A stretch of DNA of 64,000 bases from Tubulanus polymorphus (Eukaryota > Animalia > Nemertea): positions 5,394,001 through 5,458,000 of the forward strand of contig NC_134029.1 of assembly GCF_964204645.1 (NCBI RefSeq). Reading direction: 5' to 3'. Each line of letters opens with the position of its first letter. Position 1 is the first letter of the stretch. The notes under the pieces were generated by a model. It did not search any database, had not been told where the DNA came from, and worked only from the letters and a program-made list of their open reading frames with translations. A program made the translations under genes and the position numbers. This document shows, piece after piece, positions 13,106 to 26,091 of this stretch.

Positions 13106-15723
13106 TTATTTCTTCTTTGTTTTGGGGGAAGTCGACTGGAAAACACTGCTAGCGGCCATCAGATTCTCTATATACTGTCCGAGCACTTGATTTTCCGATT
13201 TCAACTTTAGATTTTCCTCTTTCACAGAATCGACTCTTTGAGATAAATCTGAAAGCAAAGAAAAGATGGAATATTGTTATACTATCATCGACCAAGCATT
13301 TTAGGTTCAGCAATAAAAAAATTAGTTCAATGAGGTAGAGTCAAGTCCTCTTAATCGGGAGCCAATTTGTCTGCACTTTAAGCTATTCCGTATTTTGCTC
13401 TGGTCCCGTTTATTACTTGTTAAGAGCCTAATAAATTCTTTTAATTAATCCTTATAGAATATCCATATTTTCACTTTATCTGTATTATGTGGTCCGAAAA
13501 CAATTGCTTTTATGGTTGTATAATCCGTATAATAAAAAATGTTAATTAATATAATTCTTATCACCACAGAAAAACTTCTGTCCCGTTTATCCAGCAACCG
13601 TACTATCGGTATCTAGTGATATCCTAGTCAGCATGTACCCCATTCATGCTGAGTTTTCAACATACATACCATCTAATGTATTTTGCAACTCCATAACTTG
13701 CGATATTAATCTTTGTTTTTCCTCTTCTTCGTCAGGGTTGGCATCGGGATCTAAGCCTGATAAAAGAATTTAATATCGTGTTTCTAAAATTTTGTCTACC
13801 CTAGAATTTTAGCAGGAGTCAAAGTTTCTGATTTTAATTCTTGATAAATAAGACGAAAGGGATCATTCAATAAGTACTTACACACAAATTTGCAAGTTTT
13901 TAACCCCCTGCCCACTACCATGCACATTCATACTTTTTGATACTACATCCCTCCAACCCCCAGCATCTACCTACACTATAGCACCATATTAGTACCTCGA
14001 ATGCAAGCATGTGCTGATTAAACAATTTCAAGGTGTTCTGGTGACTTCGACATATTAGACTAGTAGATGAAATTAATGAATCGTAACACTTCACAACAAG
14101 TCTTGAATTAGCAACTGACTATTTAAAGGATGTGTTCAATGACAACGATCATACTGCGTATTAAGTACAGTGCGTTCGGCAGTTATAACCATAACCTTCT
14201 CTCTATATACGCATTTTAATAAGAATTTTCAAACGCCTGTACCCTGTGTGTGCGTACCAATTGGATGATCAGATCTCTTCCCTGCAAGTCAGTTCTCAAC
14301 AAACTTGTCTGATTTGAGACCGATATCGAGTTATATATAAGAGTCGGAAAAATATATCAACGAACTGCTGAGTTCAAAGGTGCTGCCCATATATCGACTC
14401 TTCAAAATATTTATGGGACCAACCGTTGTGTCAACCATTCAAAGGATCTTTATACTATAGCAGAAAGGATCTATAACTGGGTCAGAATACCAACCATCAA
14501 ACAATTTTTGACAGATGAATACTAAAATTTGTAGAAAACAGCTTTACTTAAATTGCCACGTTGCCTTATCGTACTGTTTTGCTTACGGTACTTTAATACT
14601 CATTTGATAAATTGAAGCTATGACGCTATGAAGCTAGAAATAACCCACTACTAGGGTTTCACAACTTTGATGCTCTTGGTATGTAAGATAAGGTCAGCCC
14701 AAAACTAAGGCGTCTCCACCTCTCCATTCAGTAGACTATAATAGTACATTCTCTTAATCTTAGACTGATCTAAGGCTGTGCAAATGGCCCCTGGAGTTAC
14801 ATCGTTTTCAGAGGCGAGATCAGAAATTTAGATCACTTTTACCATATATTAGTACATAATAATGGCAATGCTTCAATTTGTGCAGAAAAGCAGAGTTATG
14901 AATAAAAAACAAACTTACTGTAAGTAGAGGTGCCATTACTCATACTTTCAGTGGCCTCTGATAGTTCTTGCGATAATGGTCGCCCACCGAGATTAACATC
15001 TAAAATACAACGAACCAGTGACTCTTAAATCATCAGAACAATTCTTTCTGTTGTCTTGCATTAATAATATGAATAGGTAATATGTATAGGTAGGCCCAAG
15101 ATCATCTCTTAACCATACACCACGATTTGGTAAAGCAAGAGTACCTGAATCACTGTCACTAGATAATGGTACTGAAAACATCTTTTCTTTATCGCTCATT
15201 CTGTTCCAACTATGAAATAAAAAGAAAATATTTCAAGCCAAACCATGTACTCTTGAGATTAATTTCAGGTGATTATTTATGGCTGGCTTTTGGAGGATGT
15301 GATGATGTCTGATGATGCATCGCATGCCCAAATTTTCATTCTCACCCAGTTCAGTCTACTCCTCAAGCTGAACAACCTGTAGTAACCCATTAATTTACAG
15401 TTCTTTATTATGTTATCATCATATTTATTGATAATAGAAATAAAACTTGAAAACATGCACCATATATCAGAATATAAGTGATTTTCTTGAAACAACTAAA
15501 AAATAAGTCAGAATTTTACGAACCCGGAAATGGAAATTTGACAAGTGACGTCATTCGTGATGATGTTAACTGCACGACGAAACGACGATTTATGATAGAT
15601 ACGAAAAAAATAATGAGAAGAAAGTAATGATCAGAATCTTTCTTAGAAAAAAATAGTTAATCAAAAGGTAATGGTACTAACTGAAACTTACTTAGAATTT
15701 GATTTGATCTTTGATTTCGACAT
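13106..15723 (-). CDS. SCOC: Short coiled-coil protein (SCOC/UNC-69), 5 exons
   Basis: Exons at about 15723-15692, 15209-15146, 14999-14919, 13756-13670 and 13248-13106 splice in frame. The C-terminal half [67 protein letters not shown] matches the SCOC coiled coil. The first exon is less certain. Confidence 0.93.
15523..15553. promoter_or_regulatory. ETS-like (CCGGAAAT) and perfect CRE (TGACGTCA) motifs in SCOC intron 1
   Basis: ccggaaat at about 15524 and tgacgtca at 15546-15553, close to the SCOC 5' end. Function untested. Confidence 0.35.
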
Positions 15724-16842
15724 TTCAACTCATGTTCATTCTAAAATACGAAATACCGCGCGGATGCGTAAACGGACTCTCCTCCTACGGCTACGGACTA
15801 CGTAGGTTCAATCCTGCGGGAGAATGGTTCCGAATCGGTACGGCGCACTCTGTGCGTCAGTAGTTGGAAGTGCGACTGCAGCGTCAAAAGCCGCGGCAAT
15901 AATTTACTGAATGACGTTTTTTTTCTTTGAATACCACATGTTTGAAGAAATTAAGTAAGTACGCCGCGGCAATTAGAGCCTGTCCAATCCGGGCTTGACC
16001 GCCGACTGCAAACTTCCAACCCGCGCCTGGTATCTGTACCTGCCCTCCGCCAAACCACTTCCCCTGAGGTAATCATTTGCTAAATGATTGTTCCAAGCAT
16101 TATCTTCTAGACGGGCAGACTATGAATGGGGGACGTGGACTAGGGCTCTGACTCAGTCGGAGAGGTGTCCCTAAGGACTTTACTTTTCATCAAACTCCGA
16201 CTCAAAAACTTCTGTGGGATATGATTTCAATTTGGTGCAACATAAGTATCATACCAGAGCCCGGCAGTTGATTTTTTGCTGATTCGGATATTTCAATTAA
16301 ATGTTATCAATCCAATCGCTGAATGGAATATTACACTATTGTCTATCTGTCACTCGTTAGAGTCTTTCCGGCCTCTTCATGAACGAAACGTTTCCTAACC
16401 ACGTGTAGCTAAGATTCAAATGGATCTGACATCAAGGCCTTAATCAAATGCAATCCGTTTTCTCAAATAAAATAATTTCGAAAGAATTTCCGGTTGAATT
16501 GGATAGGTAGTTTCATTTTCAAAATCTAGCGAAATTTCACCGTGTTATATATATCGTTTTCGTTTTCACCGATATTCTCGACCCGTTAATACAAAGGATA
16601 ATGTTATGTGTGAAACAGAAAAAGAAAATGTATATCTACATATTTCATCGATCATAGACATCCCCGCATAACCGCACGAAAATATATTATCTAGCTGCAT
16701 CAAATTTCAATCTATGAGTGATGCATCCATTTGTCTCCTAATCAAATTATTCAATATAAATCGTACGCAAAAACACAATTTGTTTTGATTGATACACCAC
16801 CAAACTGTTACCGCTCGCAGTCCATTCTATGGATAGCGAATC

Positions 16843-17847
16843 ATGCCTGGAAATCGAACGGATGTTTGCTATTATCCGAGGGGTTACACCTATGCAAACA
16901 TTATGACCATGATTCGATCGCTGTCGTATCTGATCGGTATAGTGGCAAACTTGCTCGCTTTCTTAGTTCTCAGAGCTATGAAACACCAGGGAAGCAGCGT
17001 ATTCTATCTACGTATGTTAGCCATAGCTGATACAGTGAACTGTTTGACTGCGGTCATTGGTAGAGATATGAAAGGACTTTCTAATACTGACCTGTTCCGC
17101 TTTATAAAATACTTTCGTTTTTATCAAATGTATCGTCTGCACGTTTATCAATTTGTTGACGCCGTATTTCAAATGACTACTACAACAAGTTCCTGGATAC
17201 TTTTCGCGTTGAATATTGACAGATACATCGCAATTCGATTTCCACTCTCAGCGAAAAAATTGTGCACGCAATCTAATTCCAGACGTATCTCTATTATCAT
17301 CTGGATTCTGACATTTATTTTTGATTTGCCAACTGCCTGGGACAAGGTTGGTACCATCGACTTTAATGAGTCGTGTGCATTTACTAAATCAAAACGATTG
17401 CTACTAATGGACAAAAATTACGCATTTTTCTACGATTTCGTTTTCGGTACAGTCATCTTGCAGTTCATTCCTGGAATTGCTATCTCGATATGCAATGCTC
17501 ACATGTTCTGGATAGTAGGAAAAGCCCAACAGAACCGCCGGAAATTCAAACGAAAAGAAGCACATATTGGTGCTACTTCTGGTAAACAAGCAATGCAAAT
17601 AACATTAACAATAATGACTTTAAATGTGTTTTACTGTTTCCAGTACTCTACAGCTCTATCAAATACATTGATTCCGCCTTTAAAAAGATTTACTGGTTGG
17701 GACTTAAAACGAATTTACTATGAAGGACAACTGTTACGCTCATTAAATTCGATGATAAATCTGTTTGTCTATTTGGGCATCCGTTCGGGATTTGCCGAGA
17801 CACTTGTTTGGTGTTTGTCTTGTGGTATTGCTGGTAGTCGTAGGTAG
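16843..17847 (+). CDS. Intronless rhodopsin-class 7TM GPCR, copy 1 (FMRFamide-receptor-like or chemoreceptor-like)
   Basis: 334 aa with seven hydrophobic segments: GIVAN in TM1, YLRMLAIAD in TM2, DRYIAIRFPL after TM3, IIIW in TM4, FIP in TM5 and NSMINLFVY (degenerate NPxxY) in TM7. Confidence 0.9.
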   Translation: MPGNRTDVCYYPRGYTYANIMTMIRSLSYLIGIVANLLAFLVLRAMKHQGSSVFYLRMLAIADTVNCLTAVIGRDMKGLSNTDLFRFIKYFRFYQMYRLHVYQFVDAVFQMTTTTSSWILFALNIDRYIAIRFPLSAKKLCTQSNSRRISIIIWILTFIFDLPTAWDKVGTIDFNESCAFTKSKRLLLMDKNYAFFYDFVFGTVILQFIPGIAISICNAHMFWIVGKAQQNRRKFKRKEAHIGATSGKQAMQITLTIMTLNVFYCFQYSTALSNTLIPPLKRFTGWDLKRIYYEGQLLRSLNSMINLFVYLGIRSGFAETLVWCLSCGIAGSRR

Positions 17848-18704
17848 ACTATCAAACAATCAGTTTTAACCATTTATTCAAGTGAGCTTAACACCTTACT
17901 ACAACACGAGTAAATCCGAATAACATAAATAAACAACTCAAGTAGAATTGTCGCATTGTGGCCCATGAGTTCGAAGAACGAGAAAGTGCAACTGGTTAGT
18001 ATATTCTACGAGCAATCATCTCTTGCTCATATTATACATGTAGTACACATTAAAATTGCCTCTGAATTGCCACCATTAACCAGTACTTCTCCGATAATCA
18101 AGCTAAAAAAAGTTACAGCTAAAGAAACGAGTTATTTATTGCACCCACAATCTGGTAACTAACGTTGTATTCGTCAAAGTTCGATTATGCGAAGTTTTGA
18201 CAACAACATAAAAACGTCCCAACTAAATTAATTATCATATATCGTAATACACCTTAGTTATGTAAAAACCCTGTATGATTTCTTCATCGATGCATCCGTC
18301 ATTCACATTTTACGTGAATAAATGAAACTAATGCGCTCCCTGGGTAACAAATACATGACATCCGAAACGAAGATTCGAAAATGCTGTTGATACCGAGTTT
18401 TGGAATAATAACTAAAATCGTCCAAAGCAAGACGATGTGTGTATATGTCTTATAATGGGAGTTGTTGTATCACACATAACCAACAATGAAAGGTAAAATC
18501 ACACGTGCAAAAATATACTTAATGTGACGTTTATATTGGATTCCTTTAACACATCACATTATAATGCTTCGCGGGAATGCATTATCTGGTTGCAAATGAT
18601 ATATATATACATATTTTAATCGCGAAATCAACTAAGCGTCTATAACGCTAAAAAGCTTTATACACACTGGACCACATTTTTCCAAGTGACTGAATCGGCA
18701 CAAC

Positions 18705-19706
18705 ATGCCTGGAAATCGAACGAATATCTGCTATCATCTAACCGGTATACATGTATATAGATACGAAAACGTTATGGTCATAATTCGATCCCTGTCGTAT
18801 CTGATCGGCATAGTCGCAAACTTGCTCGCTTTCTCAGTTCTCACAGCTATGCAACACCAGGGAAGCAGCGTATTTTATCTACGTATGTTAGCCATAGCTG
18901 ATACAATGAACTGTTTGACAGCGGTCATTGGTAGAGATATGAGAGGACTTTCTAATACTGACCTGTTCCGCTTTATAAAATACGTTCGTTTTTATCAAAT
19001 GTATCGTCTGCACGTTTATCAATTTGTTGACGCCGTATTTCAAATGACTACAACAACAAGTTCCTGGATACTTTTCGCGTTGAATATTGACAGATACATC
19101 GCAATTCGATTTCCACTCTCAGCGAAAAAATTGTGCACGCAATCTAATTCCAGACGTATCTCTATCATCATCTGGATTCTGACATTTATTTTTGATTTGC
19201 CAACTGCCTGGGACAAGGTTAGCACTATCGACTTTAATGAGCCGTGTGCATTTACTAAATCGAAGTATTTACTACTTAGCAACACAGATTACGCTTTATT
19301 CTACGATTTCGTTTTTGGTAAAGTCATCATGCAGTTCATTCCTGGAATTGCTATTTTAGCATGCAACGCACATATGTTCTTGTTAATAGGAAAAGCTCGA
19401 CAGAACCGTCAAAAATTCACACAGAAAGACGCTACTTCCGGTAAACAAGGGATGCAAATAACCCTGACGATAGTGACTTTAAATGTGTTTTATTGCTTTC
19501 AATATGCGACGGCAGTTATTAACACGTTCATACCATCTTTGAATAAATTAACTGGTTGGAAATTAAAACGACCTTACCAATCGGGACAACTTTTGCAATC
19601 ACTAAATTCGATGATGAATCTGTTTGTCTATTTGAGCATTCGGTCGGGGTTTGCCGAGACACTTGTTTGGTGTTTGTCTTGTGGTTCTGTTGGCAGAAGG
19701 ATGTAA
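18705..19706 (+). CDS. Intronless rhodopsin-class 7TM GPCR, copy 2 (tandem paralogue)
   Basis: 333 aa, collinear with the copy at 16843 and carrying the same motifs. Confidence 0.9.
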   Translation: MPGNRTNICYHLTGIHVYRYENVMVIIRSLSYLIGIVANLLAFSVLTAMQHQGSSVFYLRMLAIADTMNCLTAVIGRDMRGLSNTDLFRFIKYVRFYQMYRLHVYQFVDAVFQMTTTTSSWILFALNIDRYIAIRFPLSAKKLCTQSNSRRISIIIWILTFIFDLPTAWDKVSTIDFNEPCAFTKSKYLLLSNTDYALFYDFVFGKVIMQFIPGIAILACNAHMFLLIGKARQNRQKFTQKDATSGKQGMQITLTIVTLNVFYCFQYATAVINTFIPSLNKLTGWKLKRPYQSGQLLQSLNSMMNLFVYLSIRSGFAETLVWCLSCGSVGRRM

Positions 19707-20098
19707 AATACAACTTCAACCCCTTAAAAATGCTATTTGTCACATGGATTCATAAATCAAATCGTGTTACATAGATATTCAATTTGCTTTCATGAAAATT
19801 AAAATCGGCGTGACTGTATGAATATTTTGTCAACGGCCATAAACGGTCATCGCAAACTTTTCAAAGAAATACATACATTTTTCTCGGGTTCCCGACAATA
19901 ATTATCTTTATGATTTTTATAGGTATTGCCCAAATGAATAATAGCTGAATTGAATATCGATAAAATATAGAATTTCAAACCATGCTCATTTATGTCGTTG
20001 TTTCATTCAACATATTTATCTGATTAGTGTATGAGTAATGCGTAAGCAAATCCCATTGAATAGTAGCATTATATATTACATGTATGAACATCTAATCG

Positions 20099-21409
20099 TT
20101 ATAATTTTGATTTCTCAGTTGCATGTATTGGTAATGCAGGACGTGATAATTTCTCCCTTAAGAAATTGATTATCTTTCGCCAAGACGTTTCCTGAGCTCG
20201 GGCGTGTAGCCTCTTCTCACCGCCATAGTCGATCACGGCATCTTGATACTTCGAATAGACGTATCTACACATAGGCGAATGTGGAGGCTCGAGAAGATGT
20301 CCAGCTCCTTCCAGTAGAACCAATTCGTAGTTGGTCTTTCCAGCGTCTTTTAATCTCTGGATCATATGCAAACTTTTGTCCGGTTGAGATGATAAATCGA
20401 AACCGGACGCAACGTACAGATAATTCGCGGCTTCCGAGAGTTCAGGTTTGAATTCTGCTGCTCTTTTTGCCGGTGAATCGAGAAGTTTGAGGTCATAAAA
20501 TCTAAAGTAACCCTTTTTATTGTTAAAAAAGTCTTCGGGTAATATACTAAAAAAAGCTCCTCGTTTTATGCATTTTCTGTGTCTCATCATATCCGCGTGT
20601 AACAGATGACTATATCCGTTTATTATAACTGCTGCGGTTATTTCCGGGCACATTTCTGTCAAGCCAGATATAATTTCGGCCCCTTTCGACACGCCAACAA
20701 ACCCTACACCATTTTCCGTTCGGACATTATCTTGATTGAGAAGCCATGCTATTGCTTCTTCGAAATAATCCATGTGTATTTCATGTAGATTTTTAGGAAG
20801 ATCTTCGTAAGCAAAATACGCGAGGGCTAAAGTGGCGAAGCCATGTGATGCCAGCAAAGCTGCCCGATGCTCCATGATTCCACCGGCTATTCCGAACAGA
20901 TCAATGACCCCGGGGAACGGGCCCTTCCCTGCAGGTATAAAATATGTGCCCCTTACACGGCCGTGTCGAATTCTAACGCGACGTACCGATTCCGCCTTAT
21001 ACCATCGTCGTAATTCACCGGTCGCCAATGCGTCACTTCTCAAAACCTCTTCAATATTCAGATGTCCTTTGTAAACGCTGATCTGATAGACGACCGGCGT
21101 CTCGACATCTGCGTGGACGAGTCTCGTACCAAATCTTTGATCTGGAAGTGGATTCATCGCCCAAATTAAACCATGAGGTTCCTTCCCTACGTAATCACCT
21201 CCTACTGACACATGCGCCGATGTATCAACGACTCCGTTTGCATCGGCTATATAATGCGCAACGGCCCCAAAACGTTTGACTCCGCCAATCGTTAATGATG
21301 AAAGGGTGATTAATTCAAAAGGTTTTATTCCGTGAACGCTGATTAGAATATCGTCATCGTCAACAAGTCCATCCACTGGATTGATACGTAAATCAAGAAA
21401 ATTCGCCAT
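20099..21409 (-). CDS. Peroxisomal acyl-CoA thioesterase / bile acid-CoA:amino acid N-acyltransferase family (type I ACOT), intronless CDS
   Basis: GGDYVGKEPHGLIWAM, GPFPGVIDLFG..GG.MEHRAALLASHGFATLALAYF, nucleophile GVSKG, GAGHLLEPP catalytic His and C-terminal SKL (PTS1). A splice acceptor lies just upstream of the ATG (about 21416) and a candidate donor at about 21948. Confidence 0.93.
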   Translation of the reverse strand: MANFLDLRINPVDGLVDDDDILISVHGIKPFELITLSSLTIGGVKRFGAVAHYIADANGVVDTSAHVSVGGDYVGKEPHGLIWAMNPLPDQRFGTRLVHADVETPVVYQISVYKGHLNIEEVLRSDALATGELRRWYKAESVRRVRIRHGRVRGTYFIPAGKGPFPGVIDLFGIAGGIMEHRAALLASHGFATLALAYFAYEDLPKNLHEIHMDYFEEAIAWLLNQDNVRTENGVGFVGVSKGAEIISGLTEMCPEITAAVIINGYSHLLHADMMRHRKCIKRGAFFSILPEDFFNNKKGYFRFYDLKLLDSPAKRAAEFKPELSEAANYLYVASGFDLSSQPDKSLHMIQRLKDAGKTNYELVLLEGAGHLLEPPHSPMCRYVYSKYQDAVIDYGGEKRLHARAQETSWRKIINFLREKLSRPALPIHATEKSKL

Positions 21410-22461
21410 TCTTCTCTGAAGAAAAAATTATTATGTAATTTATAACGATGTACTTTTGATATAGCCAGTGCATTGCTGGTTATAGGAAGCAGAAGAATTG
21501 ATCATTCACAGACACAATGAATCGTGTAATAACTGTCATAATATGTAAGTGATGTGGGGACAGAACTATATATCTTTACATTAGTTGAATGAAGATATGT
21601 TGATAGTTAACCTAGTTCTTAATCTTTTATGCAGTTGCGACCAGCCTTCACACTATTTTATGTTTTGTACTGTACATACGATGTGAAGTAAGGTAAATTA
21701 TTAGATCGCTAAGAGTTAGATTTTCTTCTTCAGTTCTGACATTACAGACCGAAAAACGGTTTGAGAAGTGATTCATGTTACTTTCACCTAAATGTAATAG
21801 AATTGTATTTAGTATTGTATTTATAACACAGTTATTAACACTGCCCGGCGCGGCCACCTAACACAACTCGGAGTCCGAGTGCCACTAGTCACGACTGGTT
21901 TGACTTTGATTAACTATTTCATTGAAATCATCGGGCCCCAAGCCTTACCTAGCTTTTTATGTGACTTTCCAAGTGAACGTGAGTCTCAGTGCCACTGGAC
22001 ATTGAGGTCAAAGTCTACTGTATAGGGGCTGAATCGGGCGGCGCGCCGGGTCGGTCAAACATCGATCGGCCTACCTACTCACAAACACCGGCAACTACAT
22101 TTTACCGTACGACTCAATCAAAGTCCTGACTAACAACGAAAAACAGTACAAAATCCAGCGCTGCATCACTCGCGTCGGGCGTCTATATGGATCTCAATAA
22201 ACTATTTGACTTGAAACTTAATTACACCGTCTTTTATCTTTAACCAACAGATTCGGTATAGGCTTTATATACACGTGCGATAACATCCCAAGGCCGTAGG
22301 CTTATAAGAATCGCAATTTTGCATTTTTCCTTTTTTAACATAACAATTTGGTAGGCCTAAAAGGTTTACTTTTTTGAGCGTAATCATTTTGCACCGACCA
22401 GCTATTGTAGTCGACTTTACGGTTGTTGAAAGAAAGTTTTCTTAATTTTCAATAGGACGTG

Positions 22462-25400
22462 ATGATGTTTAATCTCGTGAAGAGAGGATGTGGCTTGTCA
22501 CTTTCAAGAATGAAACTAATAACCAACTCTTGTTTCCCGAGCAAACGAATTGATATTTCATGTCAACCGTATATCGCATCAGCTCGACATTTATCTGTTT
22601 CTATGGTGAACGCCGTTTCGAAATTCGACCTGAAATTGAATCCAATGGGTAAATCGGGAACCAGTCCGCCACAAGAATTTGAAAACGAGCATGGTCACCG
22701 AATTCTTGAAACTTTACCTCATTATAAACATCTCGTCAGTCCAGTGGCCGATAATTCAAATCAAAGATTGAAGATTTCGAATAAAATCGCCGAAACGCTC
22801 AGAGATTACGAAACTCGTCAAAACGACAATTTCTCAGCTCCGGAAAAAACTCTCAAAGTTTTAGACGAAATCGTGAGTCTTAATCGCGACAACGCGATCT
22901 TTGAGTATAAACCGTTCGTGATATTTTGCGAGTCTTTGTGCGACGAGTTAAAAACATTCAACGAAGTTCAACTACTGGAATGTATAGAACTGCTGAGTAA
23001 ACTGTCGCTACGTGAGTGCACCGAAGGCCCGATGCGTATGATCAGATTTGTATTGGGAAAGTCGATCGTCGTCGAAATCGAAAAATACGCCTTAAACTGG
23101 GACAAAACGACGATATTTTCGGTGCTCGAGTTTTTCTATCAGTTTCGTTACAAGCACATACCTCGACAGTTGTTTCAACAATTGGAGCTATACGTCGATA
23201 ATATGACGAAAGAGGACGTCGTCTATTTTCTCTACTATATCAACCTCGCTCGTTACGCTCGGCTGCGGTTGCGACAAATGCTCGAACGGAAACTGGAAGA
23301 GTTCGTCGACGATTTGAGCGTCGACGAGCTGGCTGTCGCGTGTTTAGGATTGTATAAATCGAAGCACGTGATCACATCGAATAAAATAGTCGAGGTTTGT
23401 TTGAGTAAACTGTGTCAAAATACGGCGCATATCGACGAAATAACAATCAGCGCCATTTTGAAAAGCGTTTACGGAGCTACGAATCGAAACGTGGAGCCGT
23501 TCAGCGCGCAGGTGAAGTCTTACTCGTTAGGATTATTGACGGCGTTGTTACCGCGAATGCGTGATTTCAAAATAACGACATGTTTGCACTTGTTGCAAAT
23601 TTCGTTGACTATGAAACAGTTGAACCACGGAATTTTACAAGCGCTCTGCGATAAAGTGACGAATGAGGACATTTCGACGTGGCGCCTGAAAGATTTGTCC
23701 TGGTTGCTGTTGCAGTTGGGATTGTTTCAGTCGAAATTGGCAGAGAAAGACTTGTTCTATCGGAAATTCGTCGACGAGTTTCTGAGACCCGGCCGGCAGG
23801 CGGAGGGGGCGTACACACGGTTTCCACAGTGCGCAGTACGCGCTCTAGTTGGGTTCAGTTATCTCGAAATATTCCCACGTGAATTCATCAATCAAGTGTT
23901 TAGTCCTTCATTCATTAAATTAATCAAGGGTGAGTCATGGATGTGGATCTTCCCCTGTACATACTACGGGTGGGCTAGCGGTAGCGCTACTACGTCATGC
24001 AAAATCAGAATCGACCTGGTTTGCAAGTGTGGCACTAGTACAACGTAGACACCATTTTTCTTTGACTCAATTAGAATCTGATGATAATTTTTCTAATTGT
24101 ATGAATGACATATAAGTTGTGCCACATAATAAACTATAAAGATGATTCAGAGTTTGTTTAGATGCATGATTTACCTAATAAACCTGGATTGGAGAACTGA
24201 ACATTGATCAAAGTTAATTGAAAAGAAGCGTATTTTGATCAAGTACTTCTTATATCTTCGTGGTCCCGTCTGATTGGATAGCTGGTGTGGCATTTCCCAT
24301 GGAATTTAGAATCTACTGAAGCATATATAATTAACGGGTGCCTGCTTTCAGATGAGTATAATAAGATCAAAGAATTCTTTGGTTTCATTTTTCAGAAATG
24401 ACGAGTTATGACATTACACGTGATTTGTTTCAGTTGGATCAAACGATCCGATTGGAATACCCCGATTACGATGGTAATCTACTACCAGAAGATATGCTTG
24501 TACAAATTCAGGTACGAAAACTTGATAAATGATGCTTTTTAATACAACAGTTTGTCCTACCTTCAATCTCGTATATATATATACAATGTATACTTGTAAT
24601 TTCTAGGACCATGCAAATATCAACAGTTTGAAGCTGCCTCATGAGAAACTGCTTTCACAACAGACGAGGAGGGATAAACTATTACTAGATGTACAGAGTC
24701 AGTTAGAGTTATTGTTCAATGGTAACATGTACGGAGACATCATGTACACACTTCCCCATATACAAACAGCAGGTAAATCCCTGGAACCGATTGATCTCGT
24801 TGAATTGTTTTTAAGGGCGAACTCAACTGATAACTTAATATATTTCCATAGATGTGGTGTTTGAAGTTAAAGATGGCAGTCTTGTTGATCTTATTGACTG
24901 GCGAGAAACCAGTTCTCCAAAACCAGGAAATAAAAGGTACAAAAAGTCTAACCCAAATAGTTTCAGTTCGATGAAATTTATTTGGTTTATGAAAATTGGG
25001 ATTAACCCTTGGGATTTAATATCGACCGACCATTCAACTACATCTGTACTTCGATTTCCATTTCAAAATCAAACACCTTGTTTTGTTCCTGGCAGAATTT
25101 TTGGATTTGCAAGGGACGGCATATAAGCATCAGAGCAATTCTAATCGAATCAAGCCATTAAATCACAGGGAAAACCCTATTTCAATATCATAGGTAGCGG
25201 AATCAGTGGATTTTAATTGGTTTCATTTTCTTACAGAATTGTTATTTTAATAGCAGCTCCGAATAACTATCACATTTATCAGACTGACTACGGTTTTTCG
25301 CGCAAGTTGCTCGGTAACTACATTCTGAAGAGACGTCAAATTCAGAAATTAGGTTACACGGTGCTCGAGGTTAGTAAGTCATTTGAGTTGTCAGTATACA

Positions 25401-25535
25401 TTAGAAATCCTCTCAGTTCAAATCTTGAACTAAACTTTGTCATTTCAGATTCCGTATTACGAATGGAACCAAGCAAGAGCTGGAAAACCGGCATATCTGA
25501 AAAAACTTTTGTCACCTCACATAAATTTTATGTAA
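22462..25535 (+). CDS. FASTKD5: FAST kinase domain-containing mitochondrial protein, FASTKD5-like
   Basis: A basic N-terminus resembling a mitochondrial presequence; helical repeats with ELAVACLGLYKS and WRLKDL; spliced exons (about 24396-24510, 24607-24772, 24852-24936, 25237-25369, 25449-25535) give LFQLDQTIRLEYPDY, TLPHIQTADVV and a RAP domain LLGNYILKRRQIQKLGYTVLEIPYYEW. Confidence 0.82.
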
Positions 25536-26091
25536 ATCCTCATCTTTGTGCTAAATTAAATCATAGTATTAAACCGATTTAGTTTGTTGATACTGGTTAT
25601 TTTGAGATCTCAAGCAGACAATATAGAGAAATAACAGACATTCGATACTTTACAGGATATTTTATTAACCGATTATTCAGCAAATGAAATGACAAAAACA
25701 CGTAACAAAATTCCATGAGGTGGTTTTACATGCATAAACATATCCAGCATTTTCGATTATTATAAATGTAGACTCTGTCTACTTCGGGACCAATAAAATC
25801 TTGGAGGTACAGAATTCTGGGGCAGTCGGAGCAAGAAGAAATGTTACGATAAAGGTTATGGAAAAGAGGAAATTTGTTATACATGTATATCTATTATCTA
25901 GGGCACGATAATCCGAGGTTATTGGCTCTGTGGTAAACAGAGTCTACAGTATTATGTGCTTTAAGGATAAGGGCCATTTATTTATCCAAAAATATGACCA
26001 CTTTAAAAATAGGTAAGATCTTTCATACCATCGATACTTAATGAATGTCCTTCATATTGATTACAAAAGCAAATTGGTTGATTAATGATTA

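Noticed and set aside
15795-15825. tRNA T-arm-like gtaggttcaatcctgc (a similar B-box-like word occurs at about 43365)
   Set aside because: No acceptor, D or anticodon arms can be built.
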